Shown here: positions 21,407-35,381 of the stretch, piece by piece
Position numbering within the stretch: the stretch's first letter is position 1
How the letters are laid out: each line of letters opens with the position of its first letter
The notes under the pieces: generated by a model
What the model was told of the DNA's origin: nothing
Database searches by the model: none
What the model saw: only the letters and a program-made list of their open reading frames with translations
Translations under genes and position numbers: made by a program
NCBI GenBank assembly: GCA_000182565.2
Contig: KQ257454.1
Length of the DNA stretch: 64,000 nucleotides
Strand: one strand, 5' to 3'
Origin: Spizellomyces punctatus DAOM BR117
Lineage: Eukaryota

Positions 21407-24400
21407 ATGAGTGGACTCAAAAAGCTCTTGAAAAGCGCCCGAGAAGAGTTACAAGGCAAGAACTACGAGGCCGCGAAGGAATATTGCGTCCAGATCTTGG
21501 ACGAGGACGAGACAAATTACAATGCTCTCGTCTTCTTGGGGCTCGCTGAACAAAACTTGAGAAACGTTGCTGAAAGCGAAAGAGCATATCAGAAGGCAGC
21601 AAAGCTTGCTCCTTCAAATCCTCTTGCTTGGCAGGTTTGGAGATAATGTATTTTGGCTTATGGCGATAATTGCCATGCTCATGTTCCCAAATGTCGGCAG
21701 GGACTTGTCAACCTTTATGGTGAGACGGATAATAATTCGCGGCTAGCAGAGGCGTTGGATGCGTTGAGAAGATTGTATTTGGAGAGGTGCGTCTAATGCG
21801 TTTGCATCATGCGCTCTGTCCTGGCTTATTCAAAAGCTTTCTCTTGATAGTAAAGAAGGACAGAAATGTCTTGAAACAACAAATAAGCTCATCGACCTTT
21901 TCGAGCGTACGAATCAGAGATTGAAGGTAGGAAGATATAACAATTAGTGGAGGAGCTGCATAATGCCGCAACTGAGCAAATGCTGTTTCAGGCTATTGCC
22001 GTGCTGAAAAGCCTTGCTCCGGGAACAGAATACAACGATCTCTGCGCGAACCTTGACCTTCCCTCCCCGTTAGTACTATGGCAGCGCATTGCAGATCTGC
22101 AGGAGCAGCATGATACCGAATTGCGAAGTAAGGAAGTGGAAACGCGACGACGCCGATTAGGTGCGGATAGCTTAGAAGTCATCAGGGAGAATGTGGACAA
22201 GGAGGTCATCATTACATCGCAGGTAGTTTCAATATTCACATTTTAGCCTAGTCGGCACACTGGCCATAGTTCCTAAGCGCCTACTCTCCAATGCACTGCA
22301 GCTCGAAGAGATCTATGATATACTCCTCGATATTGCGAAGCAGCACACTGAGGAAAACCAGGTTTATTTGGAAATAGGACAGAGATTTGTCGAGTTTATG
22401 TCCAAAAAGCTTCCATATGTGGCATCAGAAGAGAAGGGCAAGGTAATCGCTCGAAACAAATGCCCGCACAGTTAAATTTCTAACAGCGCTCTAGTTGCAT
22501 GCCAAAATGCTCTCCCTTGCCCGCGCCATAATCGACCAAGGATCTCGAGCCCCTCTTTCATTCGAGACTATTATCGACAGCCAGGATGTTGCCGTAGGTA
22601 AGTTAAAGGTTTGGAACCCCTTTTGCATATGACTCAAACTCATGAGCGAGTGAATTTGTAGCCGACTATGACGTGGGATTCTTTAACTTGATTCGAAATG
22701 AGCTCGGCGATTCCTATCTTGTACGATTGGCGAGTGGCTATTTAGCGTGGCGAGCGTCAACGGATAATGTCGATCCTCTAAATGATCTTCTAGTGAGTGT
22801 CAAACAATTGACATGCAAATGGTGTGACAATCTTCTCTAACACCGTCGTGTAGCAAGGGCTGCAGGAGAACCCATCCTCTTTTTTCGGCTATCGAGTACT
22901 CGGGGAGGTGTACGTGGATCGTCGTGATTACGACGCTGCGGTGGAATGTCTGAACAAAGCTCAAGAACTCTATACACAAATCACGGAGCGGACCACGCAG
23001 AATCTTACAAAGTAAGGTCGCAGAATCTTTACAGTTACTGATCCCAACGTATATGTCTCACGGTTACTATTAGCGTTGCTGTGTCACTAGAATTGTCGTT
23101 AGCTCGCGCGTATCTACTGCTGGGGAGTAAAACTTTACCGAATGCTTTGAAGCTTTACAAGGGCATTCTGCAACGAAGTTCCAATAACATAATGGGACTA
23201 CAGGTAACCATTCAAAGCGGAAGCCTCCTTTTCGTTTGCACAGAGTGCTGACTATGAGAAAAGGGCTTGGGGATGACTCTTAGTGCAATGCAAAAATTTG
23301 ACGAGGCACAACGATGCTTCGAGAAAGTACTGCAACTGGATAACGAAAATGACACTGCCAAGGCGGAACTGGGATGGATATACTACCAAAAGGGAAACTA
23401 TATTGAAGCTTTACGCCTTCTTCGTGAGGCCATTGGCAAACGAGAGGATGCTGTGCATCTGTGTTGGCTGGGTAAAGTTTATTGGGCAATGGGCGGTGAG
23501 TGTGTAGCGCTGAAGCTAAATGGCTTGACCCACGGCACTTACTATCATGCAAATCAAAGATGTGTATCGCACTGATAAGCAGTTTGCACATGCAAATTGG
23601 CTGGGTGCTGCCAAGCGTGACCCAAACTATGCCCCGGCTTTTGCATGTCTTGGTCAGTTCTATGCCGAAATTGAGCAAGATCGCGTTCGCGCAGTGCGGT
23701 GTTATACGCGAGCAGTTGCATTGGATGCAGGCAATGAACAAGCGGCCAAAGCATTAAGCCGAATGCTTCTTGAAGATGGGCAGTCAACTTCCGCCAAGGG
23801 CGTTCTAAACGCATTTGTGTCGAAAGCACAGCGTGCCGCGTGGGCCTACAAACAGCTCGGTTTTATTGCCTTGGTATGTGCAGAATTGACGTAGCCTGTA
23901 CAGTCGGCCTCAAATTGACCCTTTCTCGATGGCAGGCAAATAAGGAGCACATTGAGGCAATGGGGCACTTTCAGACTGCCCTTCGAATCAACTCTAAGGA
24001 TACGCACTGCTGGGAGGGTTTGGGAGAGGCCTATATGACGGATGGAAAGTACATGGCTGCATTGAAGGCGTTCGGTCGAGGCCTCGAATTAGAAGCAGGT
24101 TCGGTCAGCTTGAATTACCAAGTGGCTGCACTGAAACAACAGCTTGGGCTGTACGGTGAAGCTGTGCAAGCCTACCGTCAAAGTCTAGACTTGATTGCTG
24201 CTACCAACCGTGAAAGCATGAGAGCACATATCCCTACCCTCAAGGGACTCTGTGAAAGTCTGCTTCTGGAGGCGCGGCAAAGCTTTGAGGGTGGCGCTCA
24301 TGGACTGTGTGCACAGCTATTGGGCGAGGCTCTCGAAACAACATTGAATGCAATGAAAACAACGCAGCTGCATTCGCTTGCCAAAATACTTGGCGACACG

Positions 24401-27355
24401 AGTCTAGCGTACAAGTTACTCATTCCAGCATATGCAAAGAAGGCTTCCGTTCAGGTTGTACGAGACGCGATTGACTACCTGGAAGCGAGCCTTTCTGCGT
24501 CTGGACAAAGCAATGTCGCAGACGGGGATAGTACGGAAGGCGTAGATCTCCTCTTGCGCTGCGCCACCGCAGCGTATAAACTGGCTATCCAACTTTGCGC
24601 ACGGAAAGGCTCCAAGGAAGCTCTTGACCTTAGCGCAGGGTACTGGCATGACCTGGCTTTGACATATTTCTATCGCCACCATGAGCTGTTTGCGAAAGAT
24701 CCCGAAGGAGCCCGACGAGAGAGGTTTTCTTCCTATGCAGTCGCATGTGAGAAGAAAGCAATTAAGAAGCACCCCTTGAATGATGCCTACTGGAATGCAT
24801 TAGGAGTGTACACACTTTTGGAGGATGCACGTGTTAGTCAACATGCATTGATAAAAGCTCTTGAGAGCAACGCCGAGGTATGAACCGGTAGCTATGGAAG
24901 ATGACGTCGTTTGCTACGACTTCTGCTAAATGATTTTGGTCTAGAATCCTGCGTCATGGGCCAATCTTGGCTTATTGTATTTGCTTCAAGAAGACCTTGA
25001 CCTGGCACGACAGGCGTTCTCCAGGGTTCAATTTGCAGACCCGGAATGGCCTATGGGCTGGTTTGGACTAGCAATCATTGCGGAACGCGCCGGCAAGGAT
25101 GCGCTTGAGTTCTTCGAGCAGGCTTACGAGTTAGGTGGCACTGCTGTGGTGAGTAGGGCATTACGAGTGACGAATGAATGCACACAACACTCAGGCAAGC
25201 CTCTTAAAAGTTAGAGGTCAACTACATATACGCAAACTATATATATCGCCATGCCACAAGGCATCGCCGTCGGGATTCCGCATCATACAGTACAGCCACG
25301 CTTTGTCTGCTCAAGATCACGCAACAGCGACCCGATGACTGGGGTCCACTTAACCTCCTTGGACTGGTGCTAGAGAGACAAGGCATTTACTCCAAGGCCC
25401 TCGATGCCTTTGATGACGCTATGCGGGCGCTTCAAAGCTCAAACATAGCGCGTCTGCCAGCTGACGAACGCAAGACATCCCTACGGCTCATCACGGAAAA
25501 TCGGGCTCGTGTGTTATGTTCAATGGGGCGCTTTTCCGATTCGACAGCTGCCTACAGCGAAGTATTGAATACAGCTGTTGGTGACGTCTATACGCAGATT
25601 GGAAACGGCTTGGCGCTGTCCTTTGAAGAACGACTACCGGCAAGCCTGGAATCGTTTGAGAAGGCGTTCCAAATTGCGGCTGACGCAACCGGCGAGGATG
25701 GGACGACAACCTTGCCGAACGATGTAACGCTGATTCTGAGCCAAGTCCTCTACGCACTGGGTAGCGAGCAGCACCAGGAACTGGCCAAGCAGCAACTTCT
25801 ATCCTGGTAAGTATATCAATTGCGTCCTGGAGGGTTTGATGTCGATTGACCAATTGTTACTCAGTGTCGCTCGAGACCCTCGTAACATGAAGGCCCTGAT
25901 TGGACTCTGTGCATTTGGGTTGATTCGGCAAGACTTCGCTCTAGCGCAAAGCGCTGCGGCCGAGATTATCAAGATCCCACCAGATGGGCTTGGGGAATTG
26001 GACGTCGACGCCGACGACGTGTTGAGTCGCCTGTTTATGCTTCAGGTAATACCTGTGTACATCGTGCGCGTAAAGTACCCAAAAGTGCTAAAGAAATTTT
26101 CTCTGAAACAGGGTAATCTGAAAGCAAGCAAAGGCTTCCTCAGTAAAGCGGTACATCGATATCCGTGGAAAGCCGAACGGTGGCGAACGCTAGCTGAGTT
26201 TCTATACCGGTATGTTTCAATGGGTGAAACCCGTGAACCGTATGCTAAGATTATGAATCCTTATGTTTGCAGTCATGCACCGGGCGATACCTCGACTTTA
26301 AAGACCGCCGATGCGGCAGTCGTCCTTCCAGCCGCCCCGACTTCGGCAGCTCGCTCGTCGGTCAACATGACACTTGGATTGACATCGCTGGCAGCGGGCG
26401 AAGCTGGTTCTGGAACTTCTTTGACTACGCAATCCCGGAAAAGGCAGAGAGCGTTACAGAGGGCCATTCGAATATCGCCTGGAAATGCAGTGGCGTGGAT
26501 AGCGCTTGCATTGCAAATACGTGCAGATGCCGCAGTAGATGTGAGCGTCTCTGAGAACAATCCCTCAGAGTCCGTTTTGCGATTCCGCACGAGGTGTAAG
26601 ACCGTTCAAAGAATAGCAGAGCAAGCAGCGAGCGTGGCAACATTCGAACAACAGGGTAATTTACTATCCGGTTCTGTCAATCATGCCCATAGAAGAAGCC
26701 ATTTGTCTTCCGCCATAGCGTGGTCTACGTTAGTGGTGGCGGAATCAGGGATTGCCAGAGGGGAAGCTGATGGCCACACCATGGACGACTTGCGAATAGG
26801 GACGCAGTTAGCTTCAAATGTAGTAGAGCAAGGTCATCCGCGTCTTCAAGGGTACGCTTATGCCGTGATTGGCAGGGGATTGCAGGCCACGGCAGATGCG
26901 GTAGGGGCGACTTTATCATACAAGAAGGCCGCTATTACAGGCTTGGGTTCGGCTCTGGAGGTAAGTACTCAAGTCACAGTATCCTGAACATGACAATTTC
27001 GGTAACAATTGTCTTCTGTTAGGATTTGGCTCAGCTCTACCAATCACTGCTTTTACATCCAGCCTCAGAACTCTGTTATCGTCAAAGTCTGCTAATGAAA
27101 CCATCGTCTTACCTGCGACTGAGGTTCTCGTCACTATTGCGATTGACAAAACTTGCCCTCACAATAGCCAATATTCCCCTGGCAAATGAAGCAATAAATG
27201 AAGCCCTGAAGCTCAATGCTACCTCACTAGCTGGAAGGTGCTTGCAAGCCCTAATGTACTTCCGAAGTGGAGAAGCGGGGAAAGCGAATAAAGTTTTGCG
27301 GGGACTCGATCAAGCACATCCATACGTCAAATTGGTGACAGATTCATTGGGTTAA
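21407..27355 (+). CDS. SKI3: Superkiller complex TPR subunit Ski3 (TTC37)
   Basis: N-terminus MSGLKKLLKSAREEL...DETNYNALVFLGLA; DPNYAPAFACLGQFY; FQTALRINSKDTHCWEGLGEAYMTDGKYMAALKAF; SQHALIKALE; WANLGLLYL; many TPR-encoding exons. Confidence 0.9.
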
Positions 27356-27468
27356 GAATTGTAGATATGTTACAATATGTGGAATAAATAGATACTACGC
27401 TGCAATAAGGATGCTAGATAGGTACTATATAGCCAGAATTGCACCCAGCGATTATTTCAAGTCTATCT

Positions 27469-30400
27469 CTACGCCGCAAAGTTGACAACCTTCCATTCCT
27501 TCTGCGAGTTTTGAATTAGCCGGTTGCCCTCCTCTTCGCCACCCAGCACTGCAACAGCACTAGGGCGTTGAGCAAGGTATTTAGCTGCAGCATCTTTCAC
27601 ATCGGACAACGTAACAGCAAAGAGGCGCTCCCGTCGTCTATGGATGGATATCACATATCAGTTTTGTCATAAGTACACCAGAAAAGAGGTTGTAGCTTAC
27701 GCCTGTTGCATCTCAAATGTAATGCCGGTTCGGAAGCGAAGCATGCCCTGAACACGAGAACATACGATTTAGAAATCAACTAGATATTATGCTCGGTTGA
27801 ACCCGCGCATTACCTCTCCAGCAGCACTGATAGGAGCATCAACATTCTGAAATATCGAGAGCTTGGCCTCGTCCAGCTCTTGCTGGCCTAGATGCCGGTT
27901 GATATCCAGCGCCCATTCCACGGCTCTATCATAAGCCTGAAGAGTTCTCTCCAAGCCACCCGCGGGATCCCGGTAGGACCAGAATGAAAGGGTGCCATCA
28001 AGGTTCGAGTATGAAGCCCCTCCACCGTATGCGCCACCTTTTTCGCGGATTTCACGGTGAAGGAAGCGGTGCGTCATAAGCGAAGCGAGTACCTTTTGAG
28101 AACGATGCAGTCAGCATTTGGCATTTTAGCCACATTTAGGAACTAGATTGGTGTGCACCTGCAAGGCTGCCGAATCGGGATGCGTGTATGGTACTCCCAA
28201 GTAGCTTTTGGCGCTGAAGTTGACCGCCACAGGGAGAGGTACAAATGTACGTCCATAAGTCGGCACATACTCTTCAGATGTCCCAGAACGATTTGCACGA
28301 GTTCCCTGCCAACCCAACGTATCCACAAGACGACTTATGCCTTGCTGATGAGCGTCCCGAGCGCTGTCCACTGTAATAACAGCTCCCTTCGAGGATGTCT
28401 GTTCTTTAGCAATGAAGTTGGCAATTTCCTAAACAACAAATTATTCAGTTAGGACGCGACAATCCGGTTGCGGTGGACACCCTCGCATATCTACCTGCAA
28501 TTTTTCAGATATTTGCTGAATGCTATCTACGCCATTCCTCGCAAGCCGTCCCAAAAATCCTACTTGAGTCAAACCCCCCAAAACTTCTGACTGGTTCATT
28601 GCCTTGGTGACTTCTGCACCAGCCGCCAACATTGCATAACGATGCCCGCTTTGTACGACACCCTGGCTGGCGTCGCTCGCTGCTGTTAGAACCACTGTAC
28701 GCAGCCGTTCCAAGTCCTCCCAGGCAGCCTCAGAAGCGATTTCCGACATCAACTCATACATAGGAGAAATGTTTTTATCAAGGCACGAGGAGGAAAGGGT
28801 TAGAGAGGCGCGAGCCTCGGACAGGGAGGCAGGATCGGTTCTGATGGAGACTGCCGCTGAGATTCCCCCCGTAAACATACGAACGGCTTCATCGAGAACC
28901 GGAAGAGATTTTCTTTGTGTCCCAATGGACGGAAGGGACTAATCCACAGTGGGATACGTCAAAGATTAGCAGACGAGTTCATCTATCCTACACTGCTATC
29001 ATGGCATTACTCACGCTGGAGAAGAGTGGCAGATACTCTTTGAGTTCCTGAGGAAGTTTTTCAATGGCTTTTACGATTGATACATATGACACACCGTTTG
29101 TGGCTGTCGTTCGCCATTGCACCGGGAACGCGCTGGATCCGACAGGTGCGTCTACCACGGGATACTGCTTTCCTTCCTGTGCAATATCAGCAATTGTTAG
29201 GGTAGGTAGAGATGACACATCTGTGCACAGATAGTATATGGTAAATGAGAAACTGCGGATAAAAAATTGACGACGGAATGCTGATACTCACCCTCGGTCG
29301 CCTCCTGGCTCCGCGTCAACTTGACGCCATCTTCCAAGATCTTTTGCTTTTCTGTTGGACTCAAATTATTGACCATTTTGTCCAATTTTTTCCGTTCTGT
29401 CTCCGCCAGTTCCTCGCTGAATCTCTCATCAGGTTCCATTATGAATACCATGCGATGTTGATTGTTCAAAAAATATTTTTCAATCATCGATTCGAAAAAT
29501 TTGGGTTTTGCAAGAGAAGCGCGGAGCTGCTGGATGTGCTTTGCGACCTCCAAAAATTCCAATGGATCACCCCCATGCACCCAGTGGCTCATAACTTGTT
29601 GTCCCACCATCATTCCGAAGTTCGCATTCCGATGCTTGAGGCCAAGCTCCGTCTGATGAATAATGCTCTCCACCCTTTCTGGATCGAAACCCGTACGAGC
29701 AGCATCTCTAAGGACGTCCATAATTTTCCCCTCGACCATGTCCACATCCTCAGACCTGATCCCCTGCAGCCCAAATGACACATTCGTCATTTTTGTATGC
29801 TGGTTGTATCCAGTGGTTACAGAGTAGTCCGACCCTATATTCGGTTCTATCAGTGCCTTAAACATAGGAGACGCGGCACCGTCCATAAGAAGCGATGTCA
29901 GGACCCTCATCGCAAACGACTCAAAGACGTCTGTGTCCTTGTTCGACAGAAAGGCTACTGCCATTTTGGTTTGTTTGTCCGGCTCACCCATTGGGTCTGG
30001 AGGACAAGTCACACGAATGCGTTTGGGTTCTGCAAACGATTTCATTTCCGGATCCTGAGGTGGCGGGATCGGTGCAAATCGCGCGATCCGGTCGTCAATA
30101 GCTTTCAAATGTTCTTCTAACGGGAATGTGCCGTAGGTAAAAAACCGTGCATTACTCGGATGATAGTGCGTTTTATGGAATTCGACCAACTGTGAATGAG
30201 TTAGATCCGTGATAGCCATTGGATCTCCGCCGCTCACATGACTATATGTTGTTCCAGGATAGAAGTGTTGCTGAGCCCGGATCGCGAATAGGCTTCCTAC
30301 GTCCGAAAGAACTCCCTTCATCTCGTTGTATACGACTCCCTTAAATATGATGGGAGTGGAAGGATCTTTAGGATCTTCATGTTCCAGCCGCCACCCTTCT

Positions 30401-31003
30401 TGTTTAAAGTCTAGCTCTCTCAACAGTGGCGCAAAGGTGGAATCCATATATACATCCATGAGGTTGCGAAAATCTACAGGGTTCTCGGTAGAAAAGGGAT
30501 ACATGGTATAGTCGTTCCCCGTCAAAGCATTCATGAACGTTGCCATACTCCGGTTCAGCATTTTGAAAAATGGGTCACGGACGGGGAAGCGCTTGCTACC
30601 GCAGAGGGTTGTATGCTCCAGAATATGCGGCACTCCCGTGCTATCATTCACAGGAGTGTGAAATCCAACGTTGAATACATTGTTCGAATCGTCCTTAAAA
30701 ACATGCAAATAGCCAGCCCCCGTCTTTTCATGCTTGAGTTGAATGGCGGTCAAGTCAAACTCGGGCACTTTGCGAACGTTTTGAACTTTGAATCCATGAA
30801 CGACGTGACCTGGCTGATACTTTTCCGACACTACACCGAAAGCATTGCACATTAGGCTCGCCAAAGCAGAACTAGCATGTAAAACTGCAAACCTGCAAAC
30901 CTTCGGTGAGTGTCGCCATTCCTGCTCTTGTGGGCCATCTGTTCAGATGCAATGGCCGGCCTCCAGCCACGGAGCGCAGCAGCAGTTGCCGTGGCAGTGG
31001 CAT
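27469..31003 (-). CDS. CYM1: Mitochondrial presequence protease (M16C, Cym1/PITRM1)
   Basis: Arg-rich N-terminal targeting peptide; STGVPHILEHTTLCGS (HxxEH); RDPFFKML; FKQEGWRLE; GVVYNEMKG; LHREIREKGGAYGGG; SYRDP. Confidence 0.96.
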
Positions 31004-31520
31004 TTGTGTCAAAGGCTTGAAACGTGCAATCTGGCTAGAGGGAATCTACGCTTTCCTGTGGTGATCTCGTTGAGAGGCGAGCAACTTCATTTAGCACTGA
31101 GTCACGGGTTTGATTCAGCGTTGAAAGGCCTTTCGAACCAACTCCAGAGTTGGGCTTTCAAACAAAAAGCTCAACGAAAACTCGCGACCGACTTTCAAGA
31201 GATCAGTTCACCTTTTTCTACTCTGCATTCCGCTTGTTTTCTCAACGCATATCTACGAAAAGCTTTTTGGGCTGCTGCGGATACCTTCTGCAAACTTGTT
31301 GCGCGGAGTGCGGAGTTGCTAAAACTTCAGAATTTGTCACGCTCGCTCGCATTCTGCCCGCCAGTGTGGCTGTACAAACCCATTTCCTGCTGCCTTCTTA
31401 TACCAGGAGTATTGATACAAGCTCCTTGCAGCGTACCGTATCAAATTACCTGTGTAGGGCCCATTGCCGAAGGTATTCCGGCGTGCACGCCCGCTCATTG
31501 ACAGACCACCTGGGACAAGA

Positions 31521-33321
31521 ATGGCGGACGTCGTGACCGGCAGCGAGTCGGAACTCGTGACGACAATGGACGGGAACCAAGATGCAACAGATTCTGATGC
31601 CGAGTTGGCCCGACTGAAAGAAGAGGCGGGAGAGCTCTCCGACGACGAGGATGACGACGAGAACGACGAGGATCTTCTGACTGGCAACTCACTCCCTCAA
31701 ACTCAGAAGCAAGAAGGCTCACCACACACTCCGGATCGAAGAGAACAGCAGCCAACAATGCCGATCCACTCACCACCCCCGCAATCACCATCACCGTCAC
31801 TCGTCGAGCTAGAGACAGCCGCAAAGTCCAGTAAACGTATTAAGCAAGATCGAAGTAAGCCAGGAAACTCACGATCTACGGAAATAGGACCTGAAGGTAT
31901 GGCGCTTCTGGATACTTTTGGTTTTGCACGTATCGATACGATTGAATGCTGTTCAATTGGCTTAGATGATGAACACGAGGTCTTCCGAAAAGAGGCGCTG
32001 AAGGCGCTGACAGATATTGAACACGAATTTGCAAGATTTCGAGAAAAGTAAGATTGACCATATACCTGTGTTGGGTCTTCTCATTGCGACCCAACCATCG
32101 GTCAACTGACAATTGTGATATCTTTTGATTTGCAGAATGTATCAGGAGAAAATCGCGGAACTGGAGCGAGAGGACGCCGCAATACGAAATGGTAGCATAA
32201 CCATGGCCTTGCTGCAACGTTCAATACATAACCTGTGTTATTATCTACATCAGGCACCCACCCGGTCTTAGTAAGTCAAATGCGACACATCGAGCAAAAG
32301 AGGGTGGATAGGTTGAATGCAGCGGAGGCGCGGCTTCGATTGGAGCGAATAAGTTTCCAAAGGCAATTCGAAGCTGCTGTTTCGCAAGCGAGAACCGATT
32401 TTATTGTGGGTATCTCCCGTGGTTGCCGTATAAACTAATCTTCAATTGCCATTTCTCATGACCTGAGTTTTGCAGTGTAAGAGAGGGGAACTTAGAAGAC
32501 AAATGATAGCAGAGATTGAGCATAAGCGATGGAAGATGTACGATGAAAAGCGCAAGCTGGAGTCGTCAGATTCAGGTACGTGCAGTGCCCCGAGGTCCCA
32601 GATACACTCGGGAAGGACTAAAACGGTTTCTCATCAGGGCACCCGTCGTCTACAGTTCCTGACAGGGCAGCGTGCGTAAAGCGACGAAAGGCGCTCAAAG
32701 CAGAGTTGAGCGAATGGAGAGCGATTATAGCCAGCGGTGGTTTTCCAGCTGCGACAATATCAGGTCTTTCAAAAAATGAAATAAATGAAGACCTAGAATC
32801 AATAGGGGTAAGGTCGCCGATTCATCTCATCGCTGCTGCAAGATGCGCGATGCATATGCTCATATTTGCATCCCCTCAGATTCAAACCGCTAGATCGCAT
32901 AGTGGAGGTAAGAAAACATCTTGTTGTATCAATCACCCGCCAGTACCATATCTCTAAGATTATTAGGACAGCTGCGGGACGCAGTAAAAAGCACGGGATT
33001 CACAACGGCAAAGCAACTCCCGACATTAGCACATCAGCACCTCCATCTGACAGCATAACGGAAGCAATGAAAAGAGCGAATGACACGTCACCATCATACG
33101 AAGTTCGCTCAGAACTAGAACTGCTGCGATACCAAGGCACTACTTTTCGAAGAAATGATAAGGCCTATCTCTACGACAGTGGCTCGAAATATTCTGTAAA
33201 AATCATTGGATTCACATCATCAGAGCTGCTCGTCCAGCGAACAGACGGATCAAAAACAAAAATACCCATAGAACAGCTTGAGGACGGTCGCATGCAACTC
33301 CAACCAAAGGGACAAGGGTAA
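31521..33321 (+). CDS. Sds3/SUDS3-family subunit of the Sin3-Rpd3L HDAC complex
   Basis: EALKALTDIEHEFARFREKMYQEKIAELEREDAAIRNGTHP (Sds3 coiled coil) and GLSKNEINEDLESI; the C-terminal beta domain resembles that of SUDS3. Confidence 0.8.
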
Positions 33322-33465
33322 AATGGAATATGTATCATATTCACAGCACACAACAAGGGGAACCACAGTAGAGGATTTGTAATATATGGAGAACGCTGAT
33401 TGACAAAACACAATTGTGCCCACCAGGCATAATGAACGGCAGGAGAATACTGTCATATCCACTCG

Positions 33466-35175
33466 TTACACGTTTAAGGGAGATGGAAACAATATGTCCA
33501 TCAGATTTGCCCATGGGCCGCCATGGTAGATGTTTTTGATTTGTGCAATGGACTTGATAGATACATAGTCGTCGCGTTCCTGATCGTGGCTTTTCTCGTT
33601 GCCCTTTCGCCCTTTCCGCCGTGTCGCCGTTGTGTTCCCTTTGGCGCGAGTAGTGCTTTGGTCTTCCTCGTGCCTCCCATGGTTGAAATCGTATAGTTCT
33701 CGCGGCATTCGCAATTGCCCTTTACGTATGTCGTAATCTATATCATCCCACTTGAACGACTCATTGGCTATATCAAGGTAACGGTAAGAGCGAGTCAAAC
33801 TACATGATTTGTCTCTGTACGTACTGGTCACTCCGCGAAAGACGAGGGAAAGTTGATAACAGATGAACGCAAGAACGACGATGCCACCTAATGCGGCAAA
33901 TATCCCCAAGGCTGCCAGCATCATTTCATGGTGGATCATATACTAAGCAACCAGCCACCATGTCAATTGGCAGAATCAAGTATTTTGCGAGACAGACGCT
34001 TACAAGCCACTTTTGTTTAAACGAGATCCGGCTACGTTCCTGAGTGATGCGATCCATGACCCACAGATCGTGGATCTGTCGCTTGTCCATTTCCGCACGG
34101 AAAATCTGCAAGACCAAGTAAGATCCATAGAATGCTATCCCGCAGGTCGTGAAAAGGAATAGCAAGAACCATCGGTAATTGAGGTGACCGACGCAATTAT
34201 TGACTAGAAGGGGATTCCCGTGAGAATCATAACCATCGCTCAAGCTTATTTTCTCAAACTCACTCCAGGCACAGTGGTGGCTGCAATTGAAACCAGATTA
34301 ATGTTACCCACTGGCTCTGATTTGAAGGAAAGCTGATCAATGTATGATATACTCACTCACTCTTCGCAATACATGCTTTACATATAGAGCAATGTTTCGA
34401 TCGAGCGGGTCTGAGGTAGAAGAAGAGTAAGCGGCTGCTGAAGAGAAAGTGCCTGAACCAGATAGGAGATGTCCATACTTTTGGAACTGACATGTTCGGC
34501 ACATTTTTGGGGTAAATATGATGTGATCATATTCCCATATACTAAGTGCTCGATCATTATTTTCCCGGGTGAGGACGCCCGGGTTACTCCAGCTTGCCAA
34601 AATAAAACTTCCATAAACACTAGCAATCATTAAGGGAACCGTATACCTATTAGAACAGTACAGCATGAGCGGTGATCAATCTGGCGGGTGCATTCTTCAA
34701 CTTTTTCCACATACACATGAATTTTGCCTACGTGGCTATTTGGTATTGCGGGCCAGGCGTTTTGCCAGAATATGAATATGCATCCAGTAATAAGGCTAAG
34801 ATAAAATATCTAACGACTCATTCAATTCTCGGTCCGTTGGCAACAAACAAGGCTTTTACGTACTTGCAATAAGGGGTGACGGCTCTCGAGGAGATATTTG
34901 GAGCCAGAATCCAACTTTCTAACTACACGTTGACCACATATCATCAGAAGGGTTTTGCTACCATGATAAAATTAAAAAAAAACATATCGAGTGATGACTA
35001 GCCCAATTGCGGCCAAAGGTGCCTACTGCAAATAGTGGGGAAAAGAGTCCGTTAAACCCCGGTGCATCCTTCCAATGAACCCATCCCGAAAGAAACTCGC
35101 TTCCCCAAACAAGAGAATAAAGACCAAACAAGCGAAGAGGGTTACATAGATGATAACTAATGTAACCACATCCAT
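33466..35175 (-). CDS. SWF1: DHHC palmitoyltransferase, Swf1/ZDHHC4-like
   Basis: Spliced [48 protein letters not shown]; N-terminal TM ending FILLFG; NESFKW; NIYHGG. Confidence 0.85.
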
Positions 35176-35381
35176 CTCGCCGTCCCTCTCGAGAAAATTG
35201 GGCGAAAAAGATCAACGGAAAGGCCTTTTGGCTGTTGTGACTACCCGCGTCTGTCACGTGCCTCCTTCGGTAAGCGTCTTCCGTCCAGCTTTTGTTTTGA
35301 TTATTGACGAGGGTATCCCATCGAACAGCGAAGGTTGGGTCAGAGTTTTAGCATAGCTGCACCGATATCGGAAGGCATGAA

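Noticed and set aside
30845-31501. 218-aa + strand ORF, and similar long antisense or intergenic ORFs (51251-51976, 20101-20568, 29278-29778)
   Set aside because: They overlap well-supported genes or promoters and show no recognisable motifs; treated as shadow ORFs.
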